A DNA stretch of 32,000 nucleotides from Candidatus Saccharimonadota bacterium (GCA_965230905.1 OZ246396.1:150001-182000); one strand, 5' to 3'. Positions 23,901 to 31,533 are shown, counted from the stretch's first letter. A program made the numbers and translations. Notes: generated by a model from the sequence alone, not told the origin.

Positions 23901-25094
23901 TTACTCTGCAAATCTAACGAAGGCATTTCGTCCGTCTGCAATCACCTCCAAGGGAACCATGCTTCGTACTTCCGTATTGCGAGGACACTTATATCCTTCG
24001 GGTATTTTGAGGTCATCCATTGAAGCGACAACCGATACTTCAGGCTTGAAGAGAGAGGACTTGCTGGAGTGTCCTTCACAAGCTCCAAGCAAGAAGGTGC
24101 CTAGGTTGGGCAGATCTCTCTTGTCCTTAAAATGCAGGCATCTTCGACGAACCCCAATCTCTTCCATAGCTACAGCCCAAGTAAATCCAAATGAACCTTG
24201 CTCTTCCTCATCAAGTGGATGTTCGTGGTCGTGGTGAAAAGTCATATCAACTCTCCGACCTTCTGAGGGCGTAGCACCCCTGACCATGAGCGCTTTAACC
24301 CAGCCATCCCGCTCTTCCTCCAAGGTAAATTCAGCGGGCTTGAAATCTCTTGTTCGGTGGTACTGAAGAAAGTGAACACCATCCGCATTACTTTGCATCT
24401 CCACCGCAGGACAATGGTTTGGATCAAAGGCCTCGAGCCTTCTGACCTTATCATAAGTGGCGATCAATTCATCCAGTGGCAAGCTAGAAAGCGGCAAGTT
24501 TATAGAATGGTTTTTTACTACCCCATCCTCCAGATCAAGCTGTACATATCCTTGGCTAAGTCCGCCTTCTAACCCAAATCCTCCAAAGCTAAAAACATGG
24601 TAGCGGGAAGGCACGGTGCTGTCAGCCACCACCGTATGATTCATGCCACCCACCAGCTCCCAAACTGAATAAGTTAAGCCAGCAGCAATTTCATCAAAAT
24701 CGGCACGAGCGTGCCAGCAGTATGCGTCAATTGCAAGCTTTGCACTTGCGCGTAAATCTCGATCAAACTGGTCATCATTCCCGCCCTTAAAAAGCCTCTT
24801 CTTCAAAGCTATTATTCCGAGCCCAGAAGGAGATCGCACACGAGAAGGATCTCGTGGGTCATTGAATATACGTGCTCTCTCTCGACTGGTAGCATTTATA
24901 ACAGCAGAGTGAAAAAGTCCTGAAGGTCCTTCGTACTCAATAGGATGCTCACTTCTAACGATCAAGTCGGCTCCCGATGCCAACCCCTCACTGACACTAG
25001 AAAATCTTCTAGGAACCAGAATGCCGTTCGCTTCGACATAGCGGGCAACATCAGCCTTGGGTTGAGACACTCTACTTTCGAGGAATTTATCCAT
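23901..25094 (-). CDS. 397-aa protein, possibly ATP-grasp / PEP-utilising-enzyme N-terminal (PPDK_N)-like
   Basis: I prefer ATG 25094 over the track's TTG 25103. It lies 15 nt downstream of the recJ stop. LIVRSEHPIEYEGPSGLFHS resembles the VRSS..ED....SFAG motif, and AVEMQSNADGVHFLQYHRTRD resembles the vE......l.llQ.RP.T strand of PPDK_N/ATP-grasp folds. Both comparisons are from memory. Confidence 0.7.
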   Translation of the reverse strand: MDKFLESRVSQPKADVARYVEANGILVPRRFSSVSEGLASGADLIVRSEHPIEYEGPSGLFHSAVINATSRERARIFNDPRDPSRVRSPSGLGIIALKKRLFKGGNDDQFDRDLRASAKLAIDAYCWHARADFDEIAAGLTYSVWELVGGMNHTVVADSTVPSRYHVFSFGGFGLEGGLSQGYVQLDLEDGVVKNHSINLPLSSLPLDELIATYDKVRRLEAFDPNHCPAVEMQSNADGVHFLQYHRTRDFKPAEFTLEEERDGWVKALMVRGATPSEGRRVDMTFHHDHEHPLDEEEQGSFGFTWAVAMEEIGVRRRCLHFKDKRDLPNLGTFLLGACEGHSSKSSLFKPEVSVVASMDDLKIPEGYKCPRNTEVRSMVPLEVIADGRNAFVRFAE

Positions 25095-25109
25095 ATATGT
25101 CAAATTAGC

Positions 25110-26744
25110 CTAAGTAAAATCCACCAACCTCAACTGCGAGCTCACCTTGCCCATCCATTCGTTTTTTTCGAGGTGCACCACGAGGCGGGTGGCTTTTTGG
25201 AGAGCGGCTTCGTGGGGGCCGAATTGGAAGCCGATGCCCTCGAACATTTTGCCAGCAGCTTTTCCATCGAACTTGATGTGTTTGCCTTCGCTGCCCACGG
25301 GACGGATGTTTAAAATTTCTACGCCTTCGAGGAGAAATAGCGGCGTTTCGTTGCCAATTCCAAAAGGCGCGAACTTGCTGACTTTTTCACAGTTTTCCAG
25401 ACTGAGGTCGGTGCCGGTGAGAGTGAAGTCGATAGTGAGTTTTCGCTCGAGTGGAGACTTTTTGAATGCGGCGGTTGCGTGGGCGAGCAGGGCGACTTTG
25501 AAGGCTTCGTAGTTTTCTTTTTTAAGGTGAAAGCCGGCGGCTTGTTCGTGGCCACCAAAAGTTTCCAAAAAAGCGGCGGCGGTTTTAAGAGCGTCCACGC
25601 AGTGAAAGCCGGGCAGACTGCGGGCGCTGCCCACTAGGGTTCCACCACGGTCTTCCAAAACAAAGGCGGGTTTTCCGTATTTTTCTTGAAGGCGTCCGGC
25701 CACGAGTCCCACCACCCCACTGGACCAAGGGCCAGCGGCTATGAGCACGGGGTCGTCCAAGTTTACCGCTGCTTCGGCTTCTTCGATGATGCGGCCCATC
25801 ATGGCTTGGCGGAGGCGATTGAGACCTTCGAGTTTTTCGCATTTTTGAGGAGCTTCTTCGGGATTCGCGAGCAGGGCTTGGAGGCCCCAGTAGGGACTTT
25901 CTAGGCGACCGGAGGCGTTGAGCCGAGGGCCGATTTGAAAACCGATAGTAAAGGACGTGAGTTCTTTGTCCCAGGCTCCGGCACGTTCCAAAATGGTCTG
26001 GAGGCCGGCCCAGCGTGTGGTCTTCATTTGGCTGAGACCGAGCTTAACGAGGGCGCGGTTTTCACCGGTGAGCGGCACGCAATCCGCCACGGTGCCGAGA
26101 CTGGCGAGGTCAGTGAGGTACGGAATCCAGTCTGGGTTGTCGGTGCTAATCAGCAAGGCACAGGCGAGTTTAAACGCCACGCCACTGCCGGAAAGTTCTT
26201 TGAAAGGATAGCTTGCGGCAAGTTTGGGATGCAGGGTCGCGAAGGCGTTTGGCAAAACATCGGGGATGGTGTGATGATCGGTGATGATGACATCAATTTT
26301 GTTTTCTTGGGCGAGCGCCACTTCGTCTTTGCAGGAAATTCCGAGGTCCACCGTGATGAGCACCGCCACGTTTTGTGCAGCGAGTTCTTCGACGTATTTT
26401 TTGTGAAGTCCGTAGCCGTCTTCGCGGCGGTGTGGGATGCGGTACGACACTTCCGCACCCAGCATACGGAGTGTGTGGATGAGCAAGGCCGAGCCGCTGA
26501 GTCCGTCCACATCGTAGTCACCGTAGACAATGATTCGTTCGTGCCCGTTTATGGCTTTTTGCAAACGCTCAACGGCCTTTTGCATATCTGGAAACAGGAA
26601 GGGGTCGTGCAAATCGCTGAGGCTGGCACTGGAAAAAAACGTGCCCGGATCTTCAATTTTGCGAGCCTCTAAAAGCGCGGACCATAAAGTTTCGTCCGGC
26701 TTTCGTTCATAACGAAGCGACCATGTTTTACCGAGTATGCTCAT
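25110..26744 (-). CDS. recJ: single-stranded-DNA-specific exonuclease RecJ
   Basis: 544 aa. DHH motifs YGDYDVDGLSG, ITVDLG, IITDHH and GGHEQAAGF. Confidence 0.9.
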   Translation of the reverse strand: MSILGKTWSLRYERKPDETLWSALLEARKIEDPGTFFSSASLSDLHDPFLFPDMQKAVERLQKAINGHERIIVYGDYDVDGLSGSALLIHTLRMLGAEVSYRIPHRREDGYGLHKKYVEELAAQNVAVLITVDLGISCKDEVALAQENKIDVIITDHHTIPDVLPNAFATLHPKLAASYPFKELSGSGVAFKLACALLISTDNPDWIPYLTDLASLGTVADCVPLTGENRALVKLGLSQMKTTRWAGLQTILERAGAWDKELTSFTIGFQIGPRLNASGRLESPYWGLQALLANPEEAPQKCEKLEGLNRLRQAMMGRIIEEAEAAVNLDDPVLIAAGPWSSGVVGLVAGRLQEKYGKPAFVLEDRGGTLVGSARSLPGFHCVDALKTAAAFLETFGGHEQAAGFHLKKENYEAFKVALLAHATAAFKKSPLERKLTIDFTLTGTDLSLENCEKVSKFAPFGIGNETPLFLLEGVEILNIRPVGSEGKHIKFDGKAAGKMFEGIGFQFGPHEAALQKATRLVVHLEKNEWMGKVSSQLRLVDFT

Positions 26745-27127
26745 TTAGACTTTTTAGCTTTTTCTGCGGCCTTATTTTTGTTCCACTGCTCCACCGCTTC
26801 TTCGGGCGTGGTCACGGTGTCGCCTCCGAAAACCCAGGTGTGCCGTGAGATGAATTTTTCGCCCACTTTGGTCATGGCCGAATCGATGTCGAATTTACCT
26901 TCGTCTTTGGCGATTTCCGCCAGCATGATGAGGGTGAAAAGCACGTCGCCGAGTTCTTCTTCAATGTTTTCGAGGTCGCCTTTTTGCACCGCTTCCAGTA
27001 GTTCCTGAGCCTCTTCCAAAACTTTGGGCGCCAGGCTTTCGAGCGTTTGTTTTTTATCCCAAGGACAACCGTTTTCGCCACGGAGTTTTGCAGAAATTTC
27101 GAGGAGTTTTGCGAATTCTAGATGCAT
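26741..27127 (-). CDS. mazG: MazG-type nucleoside triphosphate pyrophosphohydrolase
   Basis: GCPWDKKQTLESL...EEAQELLEAV...EELGDVLF is the MazG EEXX(E/D) pattern. ATG 27127 gives the typical N-terminus. GTG 27151 is the track alternative. The stop overlaps the recJ ATG by 4 nt. Confidence 0.8.
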   Translation of the reverse strand: MHLEFAKLLEISAKLRGENGCPWDKKQTLESLAPKVLEEAQELLEAVQKGDLENIEEELGDVLFTLIMLAEIAKDEGKFDIDSAMTKVGEKFISRHTWVFGGDTVTTPEEAVEQWNKNKAAEKAKKSK

Positions 27128-27132
27128 GTAAC

Positions 27133-27186
27133 ATTGTTGTGGCTTCGCCACGTTATTGTCTAGCAGACCCTTTGGGTCCGCTTAGC
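27133..27186. repeat. copy A of a 55-nt double-hairpin intergenic repeat
   Basis: Sequence: attgttgtggcttcgccacgttattgtctagcagaccctttgggtccgcttagc. It matches copy B (29472-29526) at 45 of 55 aligned positions and forms the same two hairpins. Confidence 0.6.
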
Positions 27187-28109
27187 TGGTAAAATTCTTC
27201 AGGGGAAATCCAATATATATCTTCTTCCTTACGAAACCAAGTGAGTTGGCGTTTGGCGAAATTGCGCGTGTTCATTTGCAGCTCTTCTTTGCAGTCTTCC
27301 AGGGATTTTTCGCCACGCAAATACGGAAAATATTCTTTGTAACCAAGCGCAGAAAATGCCTGCGCATTCTCGGAGTAACCTTCGGAGATAAGTGTTTTGA
27401 GTTCGTTCAAAAGGCCGCGTTGAATTTGGTCGTCGGCACGTTTGTTGATGCGGTCGTACAAAACCTCGCGTGGCCAATCCACCGCCATTTTGAAAACGTT
27501 GTACAGACGCTCCGCTTTTCCACGTTCGATGGGCTTTTTGGTTTGTAAAACTATTTCGAGGGCGCGGGCCACATAACGCACATTATTGGGATGGATTTTG
27601 CTCGCACTCACCGGGTCCAAATTCAGGAGCATATCGTAGAGACCTTCCCCACCATGTTTTTTAAATTCCGCTTCCAATTCGTCGCGGATTTTTTGGTTGG
27701 GTGGCGCCACCGGCAGATCGTAATTTTCCACCACGCTGCTGATGTATAAACCAGTTCCTCCACAAATAATCGGCACCTTCCCTTTGTGCAGAATCTCGCC
27801 AATGGCATGCGTGGCTTCGCGTTTAAAATCGGCCATGGTGAACACTTGATTGATGTCGCGCACATCCACCAAGTGGTGCTTGATTTTTTTGCGCTCGGCG
27901 ACGGTGACTTTATCGCTGCCGATGTCCATTTTCCTATAAACCTGCGCCGAATCAGCAGAAATAATCTCGCCATTAAAATCCTCCGCAATGCGTAGGCTGA
28001 GGGCAGTTTTTCCACTGGCCGTGGGTCCACAAATCACCAGCAAAGGTTTCTCCCCCGTCTTTTTCACCTCCTTAAGAAAGAGCGTGAGATGGTGGTACAG
28101 ATCAGTCAT
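27153..28109 (-). CDS. miaA: tRNA dimethylallyltransferase MiaA
   Basis: 318 aa. P-loop GPTASGKT, then ISADSAQVYR.MDIGS.K and GGTGLY. Confidence 0.9.
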   Translation of the reverse strand: MTDLYHHLTLFLKEVKKTGEKPLLVICGPTASGKTALSLRIAEDFNGEIISADSAQVYRKMDIGSDKVTVAERKKIKHHLVDVRDINQVFTMADFKREATHAIGEILHKGKVPIICGGTGLYISSVVENYDLPVAPPNQKIRDELEAEFKKHGGEGLYDMLLNLDPVSASKIHPNNVRYVARALEIVLQTKKPIERGKAERLYNVFKMAVDWPREVLYDRINKRADDQIQRGLLNELKTLISEGYSENAQAFSALGYKEYFPYLRGEKSLEDCKEELQMNTRNFAKRQLTWFRKEEDIYWISPEEFYQLSGPKGSARQ

Positions 28110-28168
28110 GGGCTGAGTGTAGGACTAAGCGCGCTCAAGAACAAGCTATTTGATATACTAAGCTTTTA

Positions 28169-28177
28169 TGGTATAAT
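28169..28177 (+). promoter_or_regulatory. extended -10 box abutting the lipoprotein start
   Basis: TGgTATAAT (28169-28177) lies 6 nt before ATG 28184, with no Shine-Dalgarno sequence. Confidence 0.5.
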
Positions 28178-28183
28178 ATATTT

Positions 28184-28801
28184 ATGAATTTACCTAAGGT
28201 ACTGCTCGCATCCACTGCAATTGCTTGCGCTCCGGAACCTGAAGCCCTTTTACTGGAAAGAGAGGCGGGCTCAGAATGCGGAGTGAATGTTTACAATACT
28301 TTTGTGGCGGATGAAATCGACGATGTTTTACAAAAACAGTTGGAGGGCATTCCGGACTATAAAGAAACTGTTATTGGGACGTATATTCCCGTGGGCGCGG
28401 TTAAAAGTACGTACCGTGATGTGCTTGACGATCTCAAGCTCACAACTATTTCGGTTCAGTGGCATATGTCCGGGACTACTGAGGGGTACGTTATCTTGGA
28501 TGAAACGAAGGTCAGCTCCACATTAGATAACGGTTTTGTTTGTGACGATAAAATAGTGGCTTACTCTTTTTATGAGGATCAGTATCAAATGATTGGCAAA
28601 TGTGACTTTGAAGCTCTGGAGGGTGACCCCGCACATTTTGGATTTTGTGAAGGTAATATTTATCAAAACTGCTCCTGGGAGTCCGACGGATCTGACCTCA
28701 TGGATGCCGCCAATAAATGTGACTTAGTCGGCACATTCACAGATGGGCGCACACTAGTGACCGGCCTGTCGAAAGATGGGATGAACTACTACCCCTATTA
28801 G
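28184..28801 (+). CDS. Cys-rich putative lipoprotein
   Basis: MNLPKVLLASTAIAC with lipobox AIAC. The mature part carries seven further Cys residues. The 3' end overlaps the convergent CADD-like gene by 4 nt. Confidence 0.55.
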   Translation: MNLPKVLLASTAIACAPEPEALLLEREAGSECGVNVYNTFVADEIDDVLQKQLEGIPDYKETVIGTYIPVGAVKSTYRDVLDDLKLTTISVQWHMSGTTEGYVILDETKVSSTLDNGFVCDDKIVAYSFYEDQYQMIGKCDFEALEGDPAHFGFCEGNIYQNCSWESDGSDLMDAANKCDLVGTFTDGRTLVTGLSKDGMNYYPY

Positions 28802-29454
28802 CAGCTCATCTCCAAAGCCTCTGGCATGTACGCCTTGAGTACTCCTGTTAGGAAGTTCCAAAGGGCGTCACGTCCGGCTTTTACGGATTCAGCAACGTCG
28901 GCTTCTTGGCCCTCGATCATGTCCCACCATACCTGTGCGTGGTGAACGTCGATGATGCCGTGCACCTTGAAGAATTCAGTTCCGGCAAAGATTCCGTAGT
29001 TCTTTTCGAGTCCTTCGATTTTCTTAGCAGCGATGGCTGGCATTTGGCTTTCGTACGCGGCGAGGGCGCCGGCACCTTGAATATAAGAGGATGCGCAGAT
29101 GCTTTGGAAAGTGGCGATTGCGGCTGCGGTTTCAGGGAGCATCTCAGAATTTTTCATGTCTTCACGGCTCGCTCCAATGGCTTCTCCAAATTGCAGCCAG
29201 AGTTCGCGGTGGTTGTGAGTTCCGTTTGTTTCATCGTTGAAGTTTTCGAGAATTTTTGCGCGGATCGCTTCGTCGTCACAGGTCATGAGCATGGCGCTGA
29301 GGAAGTTTGGGAAGTTTCGTTCGAGGTGGTAGTACTGTTCTGCGTATTTTTGCATCACTTCCATAGGCAAGGTTCCCTTTTCCCACATTTGGTAAAACGA
29401 GTGCTTTAAAAGATGCTTTTCGTCGATGAGGGCGGAAAGGTCTTGCGTAAGCAT
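28798..29454 (-). CDS. CADD/PqqC/TenA-like heme-oxygenase-fold dimetal oxygenase (candidate CADD-type 4-aminobenzoate synthase)
   Basis: 218 aa. It aligns by eye with Chlamydia CT610 (CADD) as I remember it: KHSFYQMWEKG vs EHTFYVKWSKG, NFNDETNGTHNHRELWLQF vs NLMDEENGYPNHIDLWKQF, and YESQMPAIAAKKIEGL vs YESQIPRIAREKIRGL. Confidence 0.7.
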   Translation of the reverse strand: MLTQDLSALIDEKHLLKHSFYQMWEKGTLPMEVMQKYAEQYYHLERNFPNFLSAMLMTCDDEAIRAKILENFNDETNGTHNHRELWLQFGEAIGASREDMKNSEMLPETAAAIATFQSICASSYIQGAGALAAYESQMPAIAAKKIEGLEKNYGIFAGTEFFKVHGIIDVHHAQVWWDMIEGQEADVAESVKAGRDALWNFLTGVLKAYMPEALEMSC

Positions 29455-29471
29455 GAGGAAAGGGGGTTAGA

Positions 29472-29526
29472 ATTGATGTGGCTAGCGCCACGTTCTTGCT
29501 TAGCAGACACTTCGTGTCCGCTTCGC
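29472..29526. repeat. copy B of the 55-nt double-hairpin intergenic repeat
   Basis: Sequence: attgatgtggctagcgccacgttcttgcttagcagacacttcgtgtccgcttcgc. It lies 17 nt 5' of the CADD-like ATG on the minus strand. Confidence 0.6.
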
Positions 29527-29746
29527 AGCAAGTATCTTTACATAGAGCCTTTTTTTGAGCAAGACTTAAAACGGAGGAGGCACACGGGCCTTGATAAACT
29601 TGAGGAATATCTTGGAGTTCACTCCCGGGAGTGAGGTAAGCCACATTTCCCCTTTGTAACAAATTCGCTTGACCGAAGCATGGGTCTGGAAATATGCTAT
29701 GTACATGGTTCACAATTTCTTCTTTAGCAGCTTCTTTTATTTTTTC

Positions 29747-29822
29747 GCTCCCCAGCGAGGCTGCTAACGTGTGAACTGTAATTCATTCACCACTAGCCTC
29801 GCTCTCAGCGGGGTATTTTTTA
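29747..29822 (+). terminator. terminator- or attenuator-like compound hairpin followed by a T-run
   Basis: agcgaggc (29754-29761) pairs perfectly with gcctcgct (29796-29803). An outer cccc/gggg pairing is possible. The inner loop can form gtgaa/ttcac. It is followed by tattttttaattttt. There is no annotated plus-strand gene upstream. Confidence 0.35.
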
Positions 29823-29840
29823 ATTTTTAAAACCATATTT

Positions 29841-30107
29841 ATGGCAGCAGAAACTACCACTCTCCCTAACACCAAAGAGCTGATCCGAGCCAGTGAAGAC
29901 ACTCTTCCCAGTTTACTCGATAAATTGAGGGGTGCCATTACAGGTCCTTGCCATGCAACAAAGCAACGTGCCATGGAGATTATTCAGGCGACTGTGGGCA
30001 TATGTTCTCCGGAACTTCCATTAACAAAGGCCCTTCAATCGATTTCACAAGTACAGGCTACGACTTATGAAGGAAGTGATTATACGGAAACTCATTATAA
30101 CTTCTAA
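29841..30107 (+). CDS. hypothetical 88-aa protein
   Basis: ATG-started ORF with no motif recognised. It sits between the hairpin and the next small ORF. Confidence 0.3.
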   Translation: MAAETTTLPNTKELIRASEDTLPSLLDKLRGAITGPCHATKQRAMEIIQATVGICSPELPLTKALQSISQVQATTYEGSDYTETHYNF

Positions 30108-30117
30108 CCCTTCATTT

Positions 30118-30303
30118 ATGACAGAAAATATACTAGACCAAAAAGACCATTTGCCTGGAGCACCTGACCTGAATGAACTCACCAGACTTCCTGATGAAAC
30201 TCCCACCTCAGTAATACCACCAACCGTTACGACTCAAATAGCTGAGGTTCGCCGTGTTTGTGATTGGGTACACATCGACATGGGAAATGCCAATCTTAGC
30301 TGA
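30118..30303 (+). CDS. hypothetical 61-aa protein
   Basis: The internal ATG at 30118 (MTENILDQKD...) avoids overlap with the previous ORF. The track start is 30067. No motif recognised. Confidence 0.3.
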   Translation: MTENILDQKDHLPGAPDLNELTRLPDETPTSVIPPTVTTQIAEVRRVCDWVHIDMGNANLS

Positions 30304-30308
30304 AAAAC

Positions 30309-30337
30309 TTGCCAAATGGCTTATTTCCTTATAGAAT
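30309..30337 (+). promoter_or_regulatory. sigma70-type promoter of rplJ-rplL
   Basis: TTGCCA (30309-30314), 17-nt spacer, TAGAAT (30332-30337). Confidence 0.55.
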
Positions 30338-30343
30338 CCCCCT

Positions 30344-30513
30344 GCGTTCGAAGACAGTGGGCAGTCCCGAAAGGGACAGAAGACCTACCGAGATCCGCAG
30401 GCTGATCTGTTAAAACAGAGAGGTCCTACGTTCGTCTCAACGCAAGTTGAGAGATTTTGGTCGACCTCAACCTACAAAATCAGGCCTTCGGGCCAAACTA
30501 ATGTTTTGTCACT
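30344..30513 (+). promoter_or_regulatory. structured ~170-nt rplJ 5' leader (L10-leader-like autoregulatory RNA)
   Basis: Three tetraloop-capped hairpins: gtccc-GAAA-gggac, tctcaac-GCAA-gttgaga and ggcc-TTCG-ggcc. An additional hairpin is ctgtt-aa-aacag. The position upstream of rplJ matches the known L10(L12)4 feedback site. Confidence 0.5.
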
Positions 30514-31038
30514 ATGCCTACAACTAGACAACAGAAAGAAGTCACTCTGACCGAGCTTAAGGACAAGTTTGGACGCGCAAAAAGCGTGGCATTCGGGCAG
30601 TACGCCGGAATGAGCATGGAACAGCTCTCAAAAATGCGAAAGCAAATGCGAGAAGCTGGAGTTGAATTCAAAGTCGCTAAAAAGACTTTATTCAAGATTG
30701 CCGCTAAAGAACAAGGCTTTGAACTTTCAGATGACCTGTTACCGGGAACCATTGGTGCCGCTTTCTCTTACGAGGACGGAATCGCTGGACCCCGCATCAT
30801 CAAGAAGATGGGTAAGGATATTGAAGTCCTTAAACTCATGGGAGGAATTATGGAAGGACAAGTCCTTTCTATTGCTCAAATGAAAGAAATCGCAGATCTG
30901 CCAAGCAAACAAGAACTTCTTGGAAAATTGGTTGGACTCATGCGAGCTCCTCTTCAGAATTTCTACGGCGCTATTCAAACGCCTCTCTCTTCTTTCGCTC
31001 GTGGGCTTCAAGCTTACGCGGAGAAGAAACCTGCTTAA
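30514..31038 (+). CDS. rplJ: 50S ribosomal protein L10
   Basis: 174 aa. K.....L...F....SV......G.S..Q....R...R..G.EFKV.KKTL is the L10 signature. Confidence 0.95.
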   Translation: MPTTRQQKEVTLTELKDKFGRAKSVAFGQYAGMSMEQLSKMRKQMREAGVEFKVAKKTLFKIAAKEQGFELSDDLLPGTIGAAFSYEDGIAGPRIIKKMGKDIEVLKLMGGIMEGQVLSIAQMKEIADLPSKQELLGKLVGLMRAPLQNFYGAIQTPLSSFARGLQAYAEKKPA

Positions 31039-31059
31039 ATTAATTAACTCACTATAATT

Positions 31060-31461
31060 ATGTCAGACGACGTAAAAGTAGAGCTCTCTAAAGAGGGAAA
31101 AACTCTCATCGAAGCTCTCGAAAAACTCAATGTTGTTGAACTCAACAACGTAGTAAAATTCATGGAACAAGAGTACGGAATTTCCGCTGCTCCTGTGGCT
31201 ATGGCTGCTGCTGGTGGTGCCGCTGCTGGCGGAGCTGCTGCAGAAGAAGAAAAATCTTCCTTCAACGTTAAACTCGTTGACTCTGGTGCTCAAAAGATCG
31301 GAGTGATCAAGGTTGTTCGTGAACTCACTGGACTTGGTCTCAAGGAGGCTAAGGACGTAGTAGACGGACTTGGAATGGTTATGGAAAATGCAGACAAGGC
31401 TAAAGCAGACGAAGCTAAAAAGGCTTTGGAAGGTGCTGGAGCTAAGGTTGAATTGCAATAA
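31060..31461 (+). CDS. rplL: 50S ribosomal protein L7/L12
   Basis: 133 aa. Ala/Gly-rich hinge [16 protein letters not shown] and C-terminal domain [24 protein letters not shown]. Confidence 0.95.
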   Translation: MSDDVKVELSKEGKTLIEALEKLNVVELNNVVKFMEQEYGISAAPVAMAAAGGAAAGGAAAEEEKSSFNVKLVDSGAQKIGVIKVVRELTGLGLKEAKDVVDGLGMVMENADKAKADEAKKALEGAGAKVELQ

Positions 31462-31501
31462 TTACGCGCGAAGCGTGAGCGAAGTGCGCTTACAAAAAGA
31501 G

Positions 31502-31532
31502 AAAAAGGCCCTCGGAAACGAGGGTCTTTTTT
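31502..31532 (+). terminator. intrinsic terminator after rplL
   Basis: aaaaa-GGCCCTCG-gaaa-CGAGGGTC-tttttt: an 8-bp stem with one G:U, a GNRA loop and a T6 run. Confidence 0.75.
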
Positions 31533-31533
31533 A

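Noticed and set aside
25935-26672. 245-aa plus-strand ORF, and other ORFs inside recJ
   Set aside because: They are antisense to recJ, which carries all DHH motifs. They are shadow frames.
29455-29470. GAGGAAAGGGGG, reminiscent of the RNase P RNA P4 motif GAGGAAAGTCC
   Set aside because: The match stops after GAGGAAAG. No complementary P4 3' strand or other RNase P conserved regions are visible nearby. The motif abuts the CADD-like start codon on the other strand.
29276-29713. 145-aa minus-strand ORF spanning the CADD-like gene start
   Set aside because: It overlaps the CADD-like gene out of frame for about 180 nt and starts at a GTG with no supporting signals. Its upstream part may be non-coding RNA or a gene remnant, as discussed in the findings.
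31190-31255. GCT/GCC/GGT-rich repetitive stretch
   Set aside because: It encodes the normal Ala/Gly-rich flexible hinge of L7/L12. It is not an independent repeat element.
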